Below the pieces are notes generated by a model that was not told the origin of the DNA, did not search any database, and worked only from the letters and a program-made list of their open reading frames with translations. From positions 36,228-68,421 of the forward strand of contig JBGAQA010000023.1 of the NCBI GenBank assembly GCA_044220955.1: DNA of 32,194 nt, given 5' to 3'. Of the stretch, positions 29,836 through 32,194 are shown one piece after another (position 1 is the stretch's first letter; each line of letters starts with the position of its first letter). This DNA is from Sandaracinaceae bacterium. GTDB taxonomy: Bacteria > Myxococcota_A > Polyangia > Polyangiales > Sandaracinaceae. The translations under genes and the position numbers were made by a program.

Positions 29836-32194
29836 GCGACGAACGCTCGGGGGCCTCGCGCTGCTCGTGGTCGGCGTGTCGTGCGCGAGCCCGGTGCACA
29901 CGCGCGTCTCCGATGCGGCGCGCGACGACGCTGGCCCCCACGACGCTGCGCCGCGGCCCGACGTCGGGCCCACGGTCGGCACGATGATCCCGTGGCTCGA
30001 CCGGGGTGCGCCGTCCATCGATCCGCCGGCGATCGACTGGCTCGCGACGGGCGCTCCGCCGGTCGCGCCGCCCTCGCTCCCGTGTCCGGGCGGCTGGCGC
30101 GCGCTGCCGACCGCGGACCGCAGCGCGACGTACTGCGATCCATGGCCCGTGACCGGCGCCATCGACTGTGGCGCCGGCGAGGCCCACTTCCCGGGCGAGC
30201 CGGGCTGCGCGCCGGTGGGACGTCCCTACCCGGCGGGCGACGACCCGGTGGGCCTGCCGCCCGGTGCGACGGTGGTCCACGTGCGCGCTGGCGCCGGGCC
30301 CGGAGGCGACGGAAGCGCCGCGGCGCCATACCGAACGGTCGCCGAGGGCATCGCGGCCGCGCCCGACGGAGCGATCGTGGCGATCGCGCGCGGCGTCTAC
30401 GACGAAGCCGTCCGGCTCACGCGACCGCTCACGCTCCGGGGCGCGTGCAGCGCGGCGAGCATCCTCGCGCCCTCCAGCAGCGGGGAGGACGTCGGCGCGA
30501 TCACGATCGCGACCGAGGGCGCCGTCGTCGAGGATCTCGGCGTCGGCCCGACGCCGTCGATGGGGATCGACATCGAGAGCGGAGCGGCCACCGTGCGGGG
30601 CGTCGAGATCTCCGGCGCGCATGGTCGCGCGATCCAGGTGGACGGCCTGGCGTCTGCGCTCGATGGCGCGGCGCTCGCGGTGCGCGACACCGGGTCGTTC
30701 GTCGACGGAACGCGAGGACGCGCGCTCGTCGTCGGTGGCGGCGCGCACGCGCACGTCGCCCGCGCCGCCTTCGAGCGCAGCTCGGATGCAGGCGCGTTCG
30801 TGGGCACCGGCGCGGCCCTCACGCTCGAGGACACCGCGATTCGCGGGGTCGTTCCCTCCCCCAGCGACCCCGAGTTCTGCGCGGGCGTGCGCACGTACGA
30901 TCCGGCGACCCAGGTCTCGCTGAGGCGCGTCGTGGTCGAGGACGTCACGCGCTACGCGATCGCCGTGGGCGCCTCGGTCTCGGTCGACATCGAGGACGTG
31001 CTCGTCCGCCGCGCCGGCACGGGCACCGCCTACGGAGGCGGGATCGTGGCTGCAGGGCAAGCGACCCTCTCGCACGTGGCCGTCGTGGAGGTCGGGGGCT
31101 CGAGCGTGTGGGCCACCGACGTCGGCGCGATCCTGAGCGCCACCGATCTCGTCGTCGAGGCCGCCCGCGAGTCGGCCGGCTTCGGCGCGACCGGCGCGCG
31201 CGTCCAGGGCGGGACACTCTCGCTCGAGCGGGCTCACCTGAGCGACCTCCGAGGGATCGGCATCGACGTGAGCGCAGGTGGTCGCGCGAGCGTCGCGGAC
31301 GTCAGCGTCGAGGACGCGCTCCGCACGATCGGGCCTTACGGTGCCGGCATCCGGCTGCGGGATGCCGCGTCGAGCCTCACGGGCACTCGCATCGTCGTGC
31401 GAGACGCCTCGAGCGTGGGCGTCTACGTCACGGCCGGCACCTGCACGCTCGACCAAGTGGCGCTCGTGCACGTGGGCACCACGTCGATGCTGAGGTACGA
31501 GGGGTATGGTGTGGAGCTGGACGGGGGCGCTCACCTCACGCTCGACCATGCGTTGATCGACGACACGCGCGGCGCCGGGATCATCGTGAGCGCGGCCCCC
31601 GGCAGCCCTGCGGCGCGCACCGAGCTCGAGGACGTCGTCGTTCGCCACGTCCGGGCCCGTACGTGGGACCACTCCGGCGGGCGAGGTGTGAGCATCGAGG
31701 CCGGCGAGTCGAGGCTGGTTCGGGTCCGGATCGAGGACGTCGCGGAGATCGGGCTGGCGGTGCTCTCGGGCCCCGCGACCGCCGACCACGTCACCATCCG
31801 CGGTGTCGCGCCGAACGAGCGGGATGGCCGCTTCGGGCGCGGCATCAACTTCCAGGCCGGCATGCTCACGCTCGCGAACGTCTCGATCGAGGACGTACAC
31901 GACAGGGGCATCTATGCGGACGGCACCACCGCCTCCGAGGGCGTCACGGCGACGGACGTCGTCATCCGCGACGTGCACGGACGTGGGCTCGACCAGATGG
32001 CCGGCCTCGGCGTCTCTCTGATCGGGGGTACGAACGTCCTCGAGCGCGTGTTGATCGAGCGCGTCCACGAGTGTGGGCTGTGCGCGACCTCCGATGGTGT
32101 CGACACGGTCTCGGACATCGTGGTGCGCGACGTGGTCGACACCGAGTGCTCGCGCACGACCTGCCCCGGGGTCGGTGCCAGCGTCGGAGTTGGC
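29825..32194 (+). CDS. Parallel beta-helix surface lipoprotein (paralog 2); 3' end runs off the window
   Basis: Not in the ORF track (no stop in window). Manual translation from GTG 29825: MGTERRTLGGLALLVVGVSC...IPWLDRGAP...CPGGW...YCDPWP...EAHFPGEPGC...VVHV...GDGSAAAPY. The same frame reads ...SDIVVRDVVDTECSRTTCPGVG at the window end. I translated only the two ends; the middle is inferred to be open. Confidence 0.85.
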   Translation, partial: MGTERRTLGGLALLVVGVSCASPVHTRVSDAARDDAGPHDAAPRPDVGPTVGTMIPWLDRGAPSIDPPAIDWLATGAPPVAPPSLPCPGGWRALPTADRSATYCDPWPVTGAIDCGAGEAHFPGEPGCAPVGRPYPAGDDPVGLPPGATVVHVRAGAGPGGDGSAAAPYRTVAEGIAAAPDGAIVAIARGVYDEAVRLTRPLTLRGACSAASILAPSSSGEDVGAITIATEGAVVEDLGVGPTPSMGIDIESGAATVRGVEISGAHGRAIQVDGLASALDGAALAVRDTGSFVDGTRGRALVVGGGAHAHVARAAFERSSDAGAFVGTGAALTLEDTAIRGVVPSPSDPEFCAGVRTYDPATQVSLRRVVVEDVTRYAIAVGASVSVDIEDVLVRRAGTGTAYGGGIVAAGQATLSHVAVVEVGGSSVWATDVGAILSATDLVVEAARESAGFGATGARVQGGTLSLERAHLSDLRGIGIDVSAGGRASVADVSVEDALRTIGPYGAGIRLRDAASSLTGTRIVVRDASSVGVYVTAGTCTLDQVALVHVGTTSMLRYEGYGVELDGGAHLTLDHALIDDTRGAGIIVSAAPGSPAARTELEDVVVRHVRARTWDHSGGRGVSIEAGESRLVRVRIEDVAEIGLAVLSGPATADHVTIRGVAPNERDGRFGRGINFQAGMLTLANVSIEDVHDRGIYADGTTASEGVTATDVVIRDVHGRGLDQMAGLGVSLIGGTNVLERVLIERVHECGLCATSDGVDTVSDIVVRDVVDTECSRTTCPGVGASVGVG

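Noticed and set aside
29405..32068. 887-aa minus-strand ORF as the terminal gene
   Set aside because: The plus-strand frame from 29825 encodes a clear paralog of the upstream gene, so this ORF is its shadow.

Overview
Very GC-rich bacterial window, most likely from a myxobacterium (Myxococcota, Polyangiales/Sandaracinaceae-like). That assignment is inferred from the Uma2 gene, the multidomain Ser/Thr kinase and the Cys-rich 'CNGxDDDCDG' and 'CGNGxxxxGEQCDDG' lipoproteins with DAG-rich linkers. Left third: a complete nitrous oxide reduction cluster nosZ-nosR-nosD-nosF-nosY-nosL. NosZ is of the Tat-exported clade I type and is possibly lipid-anchored. The cluster continues co-directionally into a lipoprotein c-type cytochrome, an outer-membrane beta-barrel with an N-terminal CxC motif and a His-rich lipoprotein, and ends at a convergent hemerythrin gene. 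Two near-identical FNR/DNR-like boxes sit upstream of nosZ and nosF, and a perfect 12-bp hairpin separates nosZ from nosR. Middle: a saccharopine-dehydrogenase-like oxidoreductase, a zinc-ribbon/kinase/AAA-ATPase protein, small membrane/secreted proteins, cysE and lon. Several of these genes have a TAnnnT hexamer 6-9 nt before the start codon, suggesting leaderless transcripts. Right third: five large Cys-rich predicted surface lipoproteins, including a tandem pair of beta-helix paralogs. The second paralog is absent from the ORF track because it runs off the window. No rRNA, tRNA, CRISPR array or mobile element was recognised.
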